Below are positions 10,624 through 20,283 of a stretch of 64,000 nt of DNA, in pieces. The notes beneath the pieces were generated by a model. The model was given only the letters and a program-made list of their open reading frames with translations, had not been told where the DNA came from and did no database searches. The position numbers were made by a program, and so were the translations under genes. This DNA comes from Deltaproteobacteria bacterium (GTDB lineage Bacteria > Myxococcota > UBA727 > VGSZ01), in NCBI GenBank assembly GCA_016177705.1, contig JACOUT010000005.1, positions 222,374 to 286,373 on the forward strand. The letters are read 5' to 3'. The first letter of the stretch is position 1; each line of letters begins with the position of its first letter.

Positions 10624-11952
10624 ATGTCGCTGCTCACCGTCCGTCTCCCGATCGCCGGCCTGCCGGTCGCCCTGTTGGTCGCCCTCTTGGTCGCGCTGAG
10701 CACGTCGTGCCCGCAGACCATCGCCGTGCTCGGCTGTGAGTCGCCACGCGACTGCGACCCGGGCCAGCTCTGCGTCGACAACGCCTGCGTGGCCGCTGAC
10801 GCGGTGCCGTGCACCACCGACGGCGAGTGCAATGTGGCGAACGGCGAGATCTGTCTCGCCGGCATTTGCCAGGTGAGCGACGGGCCGCCGCCGGGTGGCT
10901 GCACGCAATCGTCGGAGTGCTCGATGACGCAGTTCTGCAACACCGCCACCGGGCTGTGCGCCGACCTGCCCGACGGCTGGTGCCGCCAGGAGAGCCAGTG
11001 CCCGGCCGAGCTGCCGACCTGTTCGGCGCAAAACGACAACGTGCCCGGTCGCTGCGTCGAGTGCGTCACGGCGGACGACTGTGGCGGCCAGGAGTGTGTG
11101 CACCCCGGCGTCTGCACCGACTACACCTGCCCGCCCAACAGTACGCCCATCGGCGAGGAGTGCCGCTGCAACTCGGGCTACGTCGACGACGGCGCCGGCG
11201 GCTGCCGGGTGCAGCCGGGCGAGGGCGAGGGCGAGGGTGAAGGCGAGGGTGAGCCGCCCGGCCCAGGGCCCGAGTGCGACGGCGCCGATCCGCTCGGCGG
11301 CCTGATGTGCATGATGTCCGGGCCGTACAACACCTGCGATCCGGCGGCCAACCAGTGCATCTGCGACGAGTTCACGCTGCTGCTCTCCTGCCTCTTCTCT
11401 GGCGCGCCGAACTTCCAGACCTGTTTGTGCGACGAGGCGCCCGCCGAGGGCGAGGGCGAGGGCGAGGGTGAGGGTGAAGGCGAAGGCGAAGGCGAGGGTG
11501 AGCTGCCCGGGGCGAACGAGAGCTGCGTGAGCGGCGGCGTCGCGGGCGAGTGCCTTGCCGGGCTCACCTGCGTCTACGTCGGCGATCCGCCGAGCGCCGG
11601 CTCCTGCAAGTACCCCTGCGATTTCAACTTCGACTGCCCCGCCGCGCTCACCTGCGTCTCCGGCTTGTTCGCCGACGGCTCGGGCTTCTGTGCCGACGAG
11701 CGCGCCCCCGGCGATAGCTGCAACGGCGACTTCTTCCACTCGTCGAACACCTGGATGGGCACCGACACCTTGTGCACGCTCGCGCCCTACGCGGACATGG
11801 CCGACAACCGTTGTGTCGCCGGCACGTGCCAAGAGGTGTGCGCGTACAACCCGGATCCGAACCCGGGCACGATTCGCGACTGCTTCAGCGGCACGTGCGG
11901 CGCGCTCGGCACCGTCTCGGGAATCGACGGGCAGGCAGCGATCTGCCAGTAG
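10624..11952 (+). CDS. secreted cysteine-rich repeat protein with two (Gly-Glu)n linkers
   Basis: Signal peptide and TM-like N-terminus. Many C-x-D-C-x-G-x-C-type modules. (GE)n stretches at 11218-11256 and 11446-11502. Confidence 0.7.
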   Translation: MSLLTVRLPIAGLPVALLVALLVALSTSCPQTIAVLGCESPRDCDPGQLCVDNACVAADAVPCTTDGECNVANGEICLAGICQVSDGPPPGGCTQSSECSMTQFCNTATGLCADLPDGWCRQESQCPAELPTCSAQNDNVPGRCVECVTADDCGGQECVHPGVCTDYTCPPNSTPIGEECRCNSGYVDDGAGGCRVQPGEGEGEGEGEGEPPGPGPECDGADPLGGLMCMMSGPYNTCDPAANQCICDEFTLLLSCLFSGAPNFQTCLCDEAPAEGEGEGEGEGEGEGEGEGELPGANESCVSGGVAGECLAGLTCVYVGDPPSAGSCKYPCDFNFDCPAALTCVSGLFADGSGFCADERAPGDSCNGDFFHSSNTWMGTDTLCTLAPYADMADNRCVAGTCQEVCAYNPDPNPGTIRDCFSGTCGALGTVSGIDGQAAICQ

Positions 11953-11961
11953 CGCCCGCGC

Positions 11962-13299
11962 TCACCCCACCGAGAACGTCGACGGCGCCTGCTCGAGGCT
12001 GACGCCCGACAGCAGCCGTACGAACGTGGCCAGCAGGTGCGGGTCGAACTCGTGCTTCATCTGCGTGCACATCATCGCGATGGCGACGTCGGGCTTGAAC
12101 GCCTCACGATAGGGCCGCGCCGAGGTGAGCGCGTCGAAGGTGGAGCAGACCCGGATGATGCGCCCGTACAGCCCGAGGTTCTGCAGGTGCCAGCGCGCTT
12201 TGCCTGCCTTGAGGTCGTGCTCGATGCGGAAGTAGGGCTGCTTGGCCTCGTGCGCAGCCAGGATGCAGCGCAAGGCGCCGAGGTCGAGTGGCCGCGCCTT
12301 CAACATCACCTTGGCCGAGATGAACGGGTTCTGCGCGACGACGGTGCGCTCCTGCTGGGTCAGCGAACCGACCTTGTTCAGGATCGCCGGGTCGGCGCCC
12401 GCCACGCCCACATCGTGAAAGAGCGCGGCGCGCCCGAGGTCGAAGAGCTGCTCGCGCCCAAGGCCGAGCTCGGAGCCGACCACGATCGCCATCAGGCAGG
12501 TGTTGACCGAGTGGTACTGCAAGTACTCGTGGCTTTGCCTCGTCGTGGTCATGCCGAGGAACATGTTGCGCTCGATGGGCGCGCTCTTGCCGTCCGGGCC
12601 CTTCTGCTCGAAGCAGATGTCGACGAAGTCGCGCACCAGCCGCACCGCGGGCGCCATGGTCGGCAGGTCGTCTTTGCCCGCGCCCACCGCCTCGGTGAAC
12701 TTCTTCATGTAGGTGACGGCGCGCGCGTACACCGCATAGGCGTACTTCTTGCGGTCGATCTTTCGGTTCTGCGCGATCTCGGTCTCGCTCCTCTTGTGCA
12801 ACAGCTCGACGATGGCGCGGTACTTGGCGACCTTGACGTTGACCAGGCCTTCGAGCGTCTCGAGGCTCTGCTCGGCTTGCGAGAACGCGCGCAGGAAGGT
12901 CTTCAGCTCCTGCACGGTGACCGGGCGCGTGGCCTGCAGGCCGCCCATGTCGCGTTCCTTCAGCTCGTTGGTCAAGGAGCGCACGTTCTCGAGCGAGGAG
13001 AAGTCGACGGTGATGATGGTGCCGTTCAGGCTCAACACCGTGCCGGCGGCGGCCAGATCGAACTTGCCATCGACGGCGATGACGGTGTTGATGTTCTCGC
13101 GCAACTGCTCGAGCGGCTGGGAGAAGATGGCGTTCTCAGCGTCGTACATGCGCACGTTTCTGATCAGCATGTAGAGCGTGGTGATCGACTGGCGCCCGAG
13201 CTCCTGCAGCTTTCCCTTGCGCCCCTTGGCCGCCTGCCCCTCGGTGGCGAACAACGAGGGGACGAGCTGCACCTTGCCGATAGCCTGCCCGCCGGTCAT
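11962..13299 (-). CDS. HD-GYP domain protein (putative c-di-GMP phosphodiesterase-like)
   Basis: HD motif AALFHDVGVAG and the GYP-region motif GRIIRVCSTFDALTSARPYR. Its start overlaps the upstream gene stop (ATGA). Confidence 0.7.
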   Translation of the reverse strand: MTGGQAIGKVQLVPSLFATEGQAAKGRKGKLQELGRQSITTLYMLIRNVRMYDAENAIFSQPLEQLRENINTVIAVDGKFDLAAAGTVLSLNGTIITVDFSSLENVRSLTNELKERDMGGLQATRPVTVQELKTFLRAFSQAEQSLETLEGLVNVKVAKYRAIVELLHKRSETEIAQNRKIDRKKYAYAVYARAVTYMKKFTEAVGAGKDDLPTMAPAVRLVRDFVDICFEQKGPDGKSAPIERNMFLGMTTTRQSHEYLQYHSVNTCLMAIVVGSELGLGREQLFDLGRAALFHDVGVAGADPAILNKVGSLTQQERTVVAQNPFISAKVMLKARPLDLGALRCILAAHEAKQPYFRIEHDLKAGKARWHLQNLGLYGRIIRVCSTFDALTSARPYREAFKPDVAIAMMCTQMKHEFDPHLLATFVRLLSGVSLEQAPSTFSVG

Positions 13300-15083
13300 G
13301 CCTGGGGTACTCCGCCGGGGCCGGACATGCGCCGTTTGACCTCGAGCGCGGCCGCCGCGGCCGCCTCGAGCACCTCTTTCGAGTGGTGCCGCTCGTCCTT
13401 GGCGACCTCGACCAACAGCTGTAGCGCCGGCAAGCCGGGCGCGGCCTGCAACGCCGAGATGGCCATCAGCTTGCGGTCGTCGACCTTGCGGCCACGCAGC
13501 AAGCCGCTCTTCTCGGCGAAGATGGCGCGCACCCAGCCCTGCGCCTTGTTGCTCTCCACCTTGGCGACCGCGCCGATGAGCGCCCGTTTCTCACCATCGG
13601 GCTTCTCCTCGAAGTCCTCGGCGCTGACCGCGCCGAGCAGCACCGGCTCACACATGGCGGACGGGTACTCGGCGAGCAGGCGCGCGGCGTGCGCGCGCAT
13701 CTGCGGCACTTCGTGCGTGCGGAAGGTCTCCTCGATGATCTCGAAGCAGCGCTGGTCCTTGGTGCGCGCGATGGTGGTCAGGCCCTCCATGCGCAGCACG
13801 GCGTTCTCGTGCTTCAAGATGGGCGCGAACAAGGAGACCTTGTCGGGCGGGTTCACCTTGTCGATGATGTAGAGCAGGTCTTTCGCCAGGTTCGACGAGG
13901 CCGTCGGCAGCCGGCGCGCGAAGATGGGCACGCCCTGCTGGCCGACGCTGATCATGACGTCGCACACCAGGCGTCGGTGTTGCACCGAGGTCAGCGTGTC
14001 GAGCAGATCGAGCAACTGCAGCGTGACGGTGGGGCCGAGGCGCATCAGGTAGCGCTTGAGGCCGTCGAGGTCCTTGGTGCGGCCGCTGTTGAGCGCCGAG
14101 CCGATGGCGCGCACGCGCTGGCCCTCGTGCATCAGCAAGAACAGGCGATCGGAGCAGGTCTTGGCCATCTGCCGGTTGGCCGACAACAGCGCGGCGTCGC
14201 GCGAGGTCATCTCGCACTGATCGAGCAGTCGATCGACCATGCCGAACTGGCCCTCGAGGATCAGGCCGTCGAGCAACTGCTCGAGCGCTTGCTCGAGGTC
14301 GCTCAGCTCGCGCTCCGTCGAGGGCATCTTCATGACCTCGAGGAGGATGTTGCAGATGCGGCGCAGCAGGTCGCGCTCGTCGGCGATCACCTCCTGTTGC
14401 ACGCTCTTTCTGTCGGCGCGATCCACGGTCTGCTGCGTGACCACGGTCTGGCGGATGGCCTCGAGCTGCTCGAGGCGCACGTCGAGGTCCGCGATGCTGA
14501 CGCGGGCGAAGCCGATGCCGTCGTTGGTGTCGGAGCGCAGCGAGTCCTGCAGGAAGGTCAGCACCTTCTCTACCTCGATCTCGACCTCGCTCTGTTCCCC
14601 TTCCTCGCCGAGGTCGAAGTCGGTGACCACCACCCACTCGATGCCCTGGAACTCCTGCTTCCACAGGTGCGTGACCAGGTCGTCCTTGCCCTCGCCTCGC
14701 CGATAGTCGACCACCGCGAGGAAGAAGCGCACCAGCTCGAGCGCGGTCACGCCCTCCTTGAACGTCAAGAGGCGGATGCCGGCCGCCCACAGCGGGTAGA
14801 TGAGGTTGCTCTCCTGCTGGTCGTCCTCGAACAGCGGCGTATCGCCGACCACGAAGGTCGAGACCTCGAGCTTGAACTCACAGACCTTGTGCACCTGCAG
14901 GTAGGCGGCGAGCAGGCCGTGCGCCGTCGCCATGTAGCTCTCGAACTGATCGCTGCGGTGTCGGTTGAAGGCGGCCTGCTTGATGGCCTTCTTGATCTCG
15001 ACCAGCACGCGCCGCAGGTGGCCCAGGTCGCTGTCGGCCATGCGCTCGCTGCGCGCGGCCACCGGCTCCCCGGTTCCCTCCAT
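13296..15083 (-). CDS. hypothetical protein with HEAT/ARM-like C-terminal repeats
   Basis: ~596-aa ORF with strong GC3 bias, co-operonic with the HD-GYP gene. The start (15083 or 15038) is uncertain. The antisense ORF 13689-16772 is rejected. Confidence 0.55.
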   Translation of the reverse strand: MEGTGEPVAARSERMADSDLGHLRRVLVEIKKAIKQAAFNRHRSDQFESYMATAHGLLAAYLQVHKVCEFKLEVSTFVVGDTPLFEDDQQESNLIYPLWAAGIRLLTFKEGVTALELVRFFLAVVDYRRGEGKDDLVTHLWKQEFQGIEWVVVTDFDLGEEGEQSEVEIEVEKVLTFLQDSLRSDTNDGIGFARVSIADLDVRLEQLEAIRQTVVTQQTVDRADRKSVQQEVIADERDLLRRICNILLEVMKMPSTERELSDLEQALEQLLDGLILEGQFGMVDRLLDQCEMTSRDAALLSANRQMAKTCSDRLFLLMHEGQRVRAIGSALNSGRTKDLDGLKRYLMRLGPTVTLQLLDLLDTLTSVQHRRLVCDVMISVGQQGVPIFARRLPTASSNLAKDLLYIIDKVNPPDKVSLFAPILKHENAVLRMEGLTTIARTKDQRCFEIIEETFRTHEVPQMRAHAARLLAEYPSAMCEPVLLGAVSAEDFEEKPDGEKRALIGAVAKVESNKAQGWVRAIFAEKSGLLRGRKVDDRKLMAISALQAAPGLPALQLLVEVAKDERHHSKEVLEAAAAAALEVKRRMSGPGGVPQA

Positions 15084-15198
15084 GATCGGCTGGGGCGCGC
15101 GCGTCGACACCGGCCGCAGTTTACCGGCCAACGCCCCGCGGAGCCAAAAGCGCGGCACGGGCGTGGAAAACGGCCCGCCGACCGGGTACTCGGCCGTG

Positions 15199-17175
15199 AT
15201 GTCCGAGGAATCTCGCCAGGAGCGCTGGAGCTTCCTGCTGGTGGTCGGGGTGGCGGCCGGCGTCATGCTGCCGTTGCTCGGCGCCGTCGGCTACTTCGAC
15301 CCCTGGGAGACCCACTACGCCGAGGTCGCCCGCGAGATGGCCGCGCGCGACGACTACCTCTACCCCTTCTGGAAGGACAGCTACTTCTTCTCGAAGCCGG
15401 TGCTGCTCTTCTGGCTGACGGCCCCCATGTACAAGCTGATCGGCGCCGCCGATCCGACCGGGCCGATGGCGCAGACCGCCGAGCTCTTCGGCCGGCTGCC
15501 GTCCGCGCTCTCGTCGATCCTGTGCGTCGCGGTGGTGTACTGGGCGGCGCGCCGCCTCTGGAGCCGCCGCGCTGCCGTGCTGTCGTCGCTGGTGCTCGCC
15601 ACCATGCCGGTGTGGGCGTTCCTGTCGCGCCAGGCGATCACCGACATGCTGTACGCGGCGCCCGCGAGCGCCGCGCTGCTGCTGTTGGCGGTGGCGCTGT
15701 TCGACGAGGACACGCCCACCGAGGAGCGGCGCCTGCCGCGCTGGCTCGTCGTCGTCACCGGCGTGTTCCTGCTGCCGCAGCTCGTCGAGATCGGGCGCAC
15801 GGGACAATTCTTGAACCGCGTCGAGCTCTTCGGCAGCGAGTCCGCGACCAGGCTGGCCGCGTGTCTCGCGCTCGGTCTTTGCGGCCTCGCGCTCTTGGTG
15901 TGGTTGGCGCGCACGGCGCGCGATCCGCTGCTGCACGCCGCGGCGCTCTTGTTCGCGCTCTCGACGCTGGCGAAAGGCCCGGTCGGCGTGGTGCTGTGCG
16001 GCGGCGCGCTCGTCATCGCGGTCGCGCTGCTCGGCGAATGGTCGCGGCTGTCACGGCCCGCCGCCGTCACCTCGACGGTGCTCTACCTCGCGGTCGCCGC
16101 GCCCTGGCCGGTGGTGATGAGCGTCTTCCCCGGCCTCGACGAGGGGAGGAAGACCTGGGTGCAGCGCTTCGTGCTCTACGACCTGCTCGGCCGCGTGGGC
16201 GGCGCCGCGCACGGCGACCGCGGCTCCTTCGACTACTACCTGCGCTACCTCGGCTGGGGCTTGTTCCCCTGGAGCGCGCTCTTGCCGTTCGCGCTCGTCG
16301 ACGCGTTGCGCGAGCGCGCCCGCACGCCCTCGGCGCGCTTCACGCTGTTGGTGTGCGTTTGGGCCGTGCTGGTCTTCGTCTTCTTCACGGCCACCGTCAC
16401 CAAGTTCCATCACTACGTGTTCCCGCTGTGCGTGCCGGCGGCGCTCTTGATCGGGCGCTGGCTCGACACGCTGTGCGACGACGAGCGGCGCGTGCCCGTG
16501 CTGCTCGCGCTGTTCGCGGTGGCGATGGCGGTGCTGATCGGTCGCGACCTGGTGACGGAGCCGTGGCAGCTCATCGACCTCTTCACCTACCACTACAAGA
16601 GCTACAAGCCCGACTACTACTTCCCCTCCGACCTCGAGTGGCGCGTCGGTCTCGGCGTGGCCTGCTTCGGCGCCGCCGCGCTGCTCGGCGCCGGCGCGCT
16701 GGTCGACGGCATGCTCGGCGAGCGTCCGCTCGGCGCGCGCCGTCCCTGGTGGGTGCACGCGCTCATCGGTGACGCGCGCGCCAACGGCGGCCTCGTGCTC
16801 GGCGCCGTCGCCGCGGCGCTCGTGTTCACGCTGTTCGCGGTGCAGGTCCACTTCAATCGCGCGAGCCAGCACTGGAGCCAGCGCTGGATGTTCCAGACCT
16901 ACGAGGCCATGAAGGGGCCGGACGAGCCGATCATCGCGTACCAGATGGATTGGAAGGGCGAGACCTTCTACGCCAAGAACCGCGATCTGCAGGTGAAGAA
17001 GAGCGCCGCCGACTTGAAGAAGCTGATCGAGCGGCCCGGGCGCGAATTCGTGCTGGTGCAGACCGACCGCTTCGGCGGCATGAAGAGCGCGCTCGGCAAG
17101 GAGTACGACGACAAGATCAAGGTCGTCGATCGCTCGAACCAGAAGTGGTACCTGGTCACCATCGACGACAAGTGA
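15199..17175 (+). CDS. PMT/ArnT-family (GT39/GT83-like) integral membrane glycosyltransferase
   Basis: N-terminal block DPWETHYAEVAREMAARDDYLYPFWKDSYFFSKPVLLFWL is typical of dolichyl-phosphate-mannose-type transferases. It has many TM helices. Confidence 0.75.
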   Translation: MSEESRQERWSFLLVVGVAAGVMLPLLGAVGYFDPWETHYAEVAREMAARDDYLYPFWKDSYFFSKPVLLFWLTAPMYKLIGAADPTGPMAQTAELFGRLPSALSSILCVAVVYWAARRLWSRRAAVLSSLVLATMPVWAFLSRQAITDMLYAAPASAALLLLAVALFDEDTPTEERRLPRWLVVVTGVFLLPQLVEIGRTGQFLNRVELFGSESATRLAACLALGLCGLALLVWLARTARDPLLHAAALLFALSTLAKGPVGVVLCGGALVIAVALLGEWSRLSRPAAVTSTVLYLAVAAPWPVVMSVFPGLDEGRKTWVQRFVLYDLLGRVGGAAHGDRGSFDYYLRYLGWGLFPWSALLPFALVDALRERARTPSARFTLLVCVWAVLVFVFFTATVTKFHHYVFPLCVPAALLIGRWLDTLCDDERRVPVLLALFAVAMAVLIGRDLVTEPWQLIDLFTYHYKSYKPDYYFPSDLEWRVGLGVACFGAAALLGAGALVDGMLGERPLGARRPWWVHALIGDARANGGLVLGAVAAALVFTLFAVQVHFNRASQHWSQRWMFQTYEAMKGPDEPIIAYQMDWKGETFYAKNRDLQVKKSAADLKKLIERPGREFVLVQTDRFGGMKSALGKEYDDKIKVVDRSNQKWYLVTIDDK

Positions 17176-17187
17176 CGTCGACGTCGA

Positions 17188-17928
17188 TTAGAACAGCATG
17201 GCGCGCAACGCGCCCTGCGGCTCGAGCAGCGGAGGTGTCGGCAGGTCCGGCATCGGTGCCTTGGGCGGCCGCGGCGCCGTGGGCCGCTTGCCGGGCGCGG
17301 CCGGCGCGCGCTTCTTGCCCGGCTGCGAGGGGTGCGCGGCCTCGAACACGCCCGGAAACGCGTCGCCGTCGTCGCCCGGGCGCTTGTCCTCGGCCGACAG
17401 CGCGTACGCGATGGGGATGCCGATGATCGACGCGGCGAAGCCCGCGAGCACGCCGATGCCGCCGGCCAACGCCAGGAGCTGCGTGCCGCCCGTGAACGCT
17501 GCGAAGTAGATCGCGCCCACGCTGACGCCGCTGACGACGAGGCCGGCGTAGGACGCGATGATCGGCCAGATGGCCGGCGCGCGCGTGGTGCCGAAGCGAT
17601 CGCCGATCCAGGTGCCGGCGTAGCCGGCAGCGGCCGGCAGCAGGCATGCGCCGCACGCCATGAACGGACAGAGGTAGGAGGTGACCCCGATCGCGGGCAG
17701 CATCACGGCGTAGGTGGCGCAGGCCCCGGCGAGCTGCAGGGCCGCGACGATGGTCACGTCGAGCCCTTCGGCGTCGCGCTCGTCTGGCGGTGGCGCGGCC
17801 GTCGACGGTTCGCGAGGCGCCTCGGGCGCGGTCGACGCCACCGGCACGCGGCTGCCGAGCAGCTCGGGCTCGTCTTGCGCCGCGGCGGGCGTCAACAAGA
17901 GTGCCAGCCCAACCGCGGTCAGCGCCAT
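17188..17928 (-). CDS. hypothetical membrane protein (signal peptide plus several TM helices)
   Basis: MALTAVGLALLLTPAAAQ signal peptide and hydrophobic core. Start inferred. Confidence 0.45.
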   Translation of the reverse strand: MALTAVGLALLLTPAAAQDEPELLGSRVPVASTAPEAPREPSTAAPPPDERDAEGLDVTIVAALQLAGACATYAVMLPAIGVTSYLCPFMACGACLLPAAAGYAGTWIGDRFGTTRAPAIWPIIASYAGLVVSGVSVGAIYFAAFTGGTQLLALAGGIGVLAGFAASIIGIPIAYALSAEDKRPGDDGDAFPGVFEAAHPSQPGKKRAPAAPGKRPTAPRPPKAPMPDLPTPPLLEPQGALRAMLF

Positions 17929-17960
17929 GGACCGACGATCCACCGAAACGTGGTCGGGGT

Positions 17961-19223
17961 TCAACGTGCCAGGAGCACCGCACCGAAGAAGCCGTCGGTG
18001 CCGTGGCGCGCCGAATCGACGCTGAGGAACTCCCCCGGCAACGACACGCCGTGCGCCGCGAGCACGGCGCCTGCGTCGACCGCGACGAACGCCGGATAGC
18101 GCGCCAAGAAGCCCTCGACGACGCGCTCGTTCTCTTCGGTGAGCAGCGAGCACGTGGCGTACACCAACCGCCCGCCCGGGCGCACCAGCGGCGCGTAGCC
18201 CTCGAGGATGGCGCGCTGCTGCGTCGCCAGCCGCGCCACGTCGTCGACCGTCAGCGACCACGCCGTGTCCGGGTTTCTGCGCAGCACGCCGGTGCCGCTG
18301 CACGGCGCGTCCACCAGCACCACGTCGGCGCGTCCGGCGAGCCGCGCCTTCTTGTCGACGTCGCCGACGCGCAGGTTGTGCACGCCCGCGCGCGCGGCGC
18401 GGCGCGACAGGTCATGGCGTCGACGCTCGTGTGGCTCGAGCGCGTAGAGCGTGCCCTTGCCGCCCATCTGTGCCGCCAGGTGCAGCGTCTTGCCGCCGGC
18501 GCCGGCACAGCCGTCGACGACGGTCATGCCCGGCGCGGCCCCGCACAAGAGCGACACCAACTGGCTGCCCTCGTCTTGCACCTCGAACAGTCCGGCGGTG
18601 AAGGCGCGGGTCGAGAACAACTCGGCGCGGAACTCGAGCACGACGCCGTCGGGAGCGAGCGCGGCGCGGCGTGCGACGACGCCCTCCTCGGCGAGCGCAC
18701 GGACGAGCGCATCCGGATCGGTGCGCAGCCGGTTGGCGCGCAGCGTGGTCGGCGGCGCCTCTGCAAAGGTGGCGCACAGCGCGCGCGCGGCCTCTCCGCC
18801 CCGCTCGTCGACGAAGCGCTGCAACAGCCAGCTCGGCACCCCCAGGCGCACGTCGTCGGGCGCGCCATCGGTGGCGCGCCAGGCTTCGGCGAGACCGCGC
18901 CCGCCGGCCGGGTCGATGGGCAGCTCGCTCGGCGGTAGCCGCCGAGCGCCAACCAGGTACAGGCAGGCGAGCGCGCCCCGCGTCGGCTCGGCCGACAGGC
19001 CGCGCGCGGCCAGCTCGAGCCGCCGGCGCACCCGCCACATGCCCTGCGCTACGTCGACGACGAAGCCGCGCTCGGCGCCGCGTAGCTCGTGGCGCCCGCG
19101 CAGGAAGGTCGCTACCACGGCGTCGAGCGGGGCCCGTCCCCGGACGCCGGCAAGAAAGAGCGCGCCGGCCGCGTCGAGCAGCCGGGCGGTGGGACGGCCG
19201 GGGAGCGGATGTGCAACGGTCAC
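17961..19223 (-). CDS. rsmB: 16S rRNA (cytosine-C5)-methyltransferase RsmB/Sun family
   Basis: NOL1/NOP2/Sun motifs: VVDGCAGAGGKT, DAPCSGTGV, and the catalytic PGGRLVYATCS. Confidence 0.85.
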   Translation of the reverse strand: MTVAHPLPGRPTARLLDAAGALFLAGVRGRAPLDAVVATFLRGRHELRGAERGFVVDVAQGMWRVRRRLELAARGLSAEPTRGALACLYLVGARRLPPSELPIDPAGGRGLAEAWRATDGAPDDVRLGVPSWLLQRFVDERGGEAARALCATFAEAPPTTLRANRLRTDPDALVRALAEEGVVARRAALAPDGVVLEFRAELFSTRAFTAGLFEVQDEGSQLVSLLCGAAPGMTVVDGCAGAGGKTLHLAAQMGGKGTLYALEPHERRRHDLSRRAARAGVHNLRVGDVDKKARLAGRADVVLVDAPCSGTGVLRRNPDTAWSLTVDDVARLATQQRAILEGYAPLVRPGGRLVYATCSLLTEENERVVEGFLARYPAFVAVDAGAVLAAHGVSLPGEFLSVDSARHGTDGFFGAVLLAR

Positions 19224-19323
19224 ACGGGAGGGGTCGGCTTGCGTCTAGACTGGTCCGACCGCCTTTGACGAGTGGTGCTGGGGCGAGTGAGCCGTCTTCA
19301 GGAGCAGTTTTAGGAGGAAGAGT

Positions 19324-20265
19324 ATGCAGTGCAGCAACTGTGGGAGCGCGCTCGCGCCCGGTCAAGCGACGTGTTCGGCCTGCGGGCTCGTTGTCGGCGG
19401 CGGCGCCAGCGTCGGGGCCTTCGGTGAACGGCCGGTGGAGGCGCGGCCGATGCCGCCGCCCGGCCCCTACAACATCCGCTTCGGCGTCAGCGAACCGCTG
19501 ACCGAGACCTTCCGGCTGTGGGGCAACGACCTCGGCCGCCTGGTGCTGATGACGCTCATCCCCTACGGCTTCCTGCTGCCCTTCGGCATCGGCTTTGGTG
19601 TCTGGGCGGCGATCTCGATGTCGAGCGGCGGCGAGCCGTCGACGACGCAGTTGGTCATCCTCGGCTCCGTCGGCTTCGCATTGGCGGTGGTCGCGGGCGT
19701 GCTGATGCTGGCCTCGAGCGCCGGCGCCATGCTGCTGGCCGACGACAAGGAGCGCACGGGCGGCACCGGCCTCGGCGTCTGGCAGGCCTTCCTCGGCGGC
19801 CTGGCGCGCTCGGGCTGGCTCATCCTCGCCAACCTGCTCTACGTCGCCATCATCGTCGTGCTCTGGGGCGTCCCCTTCGCCGTTCCCGTGGCGCTGCTGG
19901 TCGAGACCGAGCAGCCGCTGTGGGCGCTCGGCTTCGTGCCGGCGCTCGGCACCTTCGTGGCCGGCGTCTGGTTGCTGACCCGCCTGATGCCGATGCTGCC
20001 GCTCATCGTCGTCGAGGAGCTGAGCGTGGGCGTGGCGCTCTCGCGCGCCTGGCAGCTCACCGCCGGCCGCGCGCTCGACGTGTTCCTGGCCAACCTGGTG
20101 TTCGGCGTGGCGCTGATGGGCATCTACATGGCCGTCGGCATCATCAGCATCATCCCGCTGCTCGGCCTGCTGATTCAGCTCGCCGCCAACATCATCCTCG
20201 GCAGCCTGCAGAGCGTGTACGCGTTCACGCTCTACGCCGGCCTCGTGAGCACGCCCAAGCGCTAA
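19324..20265 (+). CDS. zinc-ribbon membrane protein, hypothetical
   Basis: N-terminal CxxC...CxxC, then multiple TM helices. AGGAGG sits 8 nt upstream of the ATG. Confidence 0.6.
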   Translation: MQCSNCGSALAPGQATCSACGLVVGGGASVGAFGERPVEARPMPPPGPYNIRFGVSEPLTETFRLWGNDLGRLVLMTLIPYGFLLPFGIGFGVWAAISMSSGGEPSTTQLVILGSVGFALAVVAGVLMLASSAGAMLLADDKERTGGTGLGVWQAFLGGLARSGWLILANLLYVAIIVVLWGVPFAVPVALLVETEQPLWALGFVPALGTFVAGVWLLTRLMPMLPLIVVEELSVGVALSRAWQLTAGRALDVFLANLVFGVALMGIYMAVGIISIIPLLGLLIQLAANIILGSLQSVYAFTLYAGLVSTPKR

Positions 20266-20283
20266 CGACGACGGACAGCGACT

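Noticed and set aside
13689-16772. 1027-aa plus-strand ORF spanning two opposite-orientation genes
   Set aside because: Antisense to the HEAT-like protein gene, and out of frame with the PMT-family GT, whose ORF carries the conserved motifs. Arg/Ala/Gly-rich artefact.
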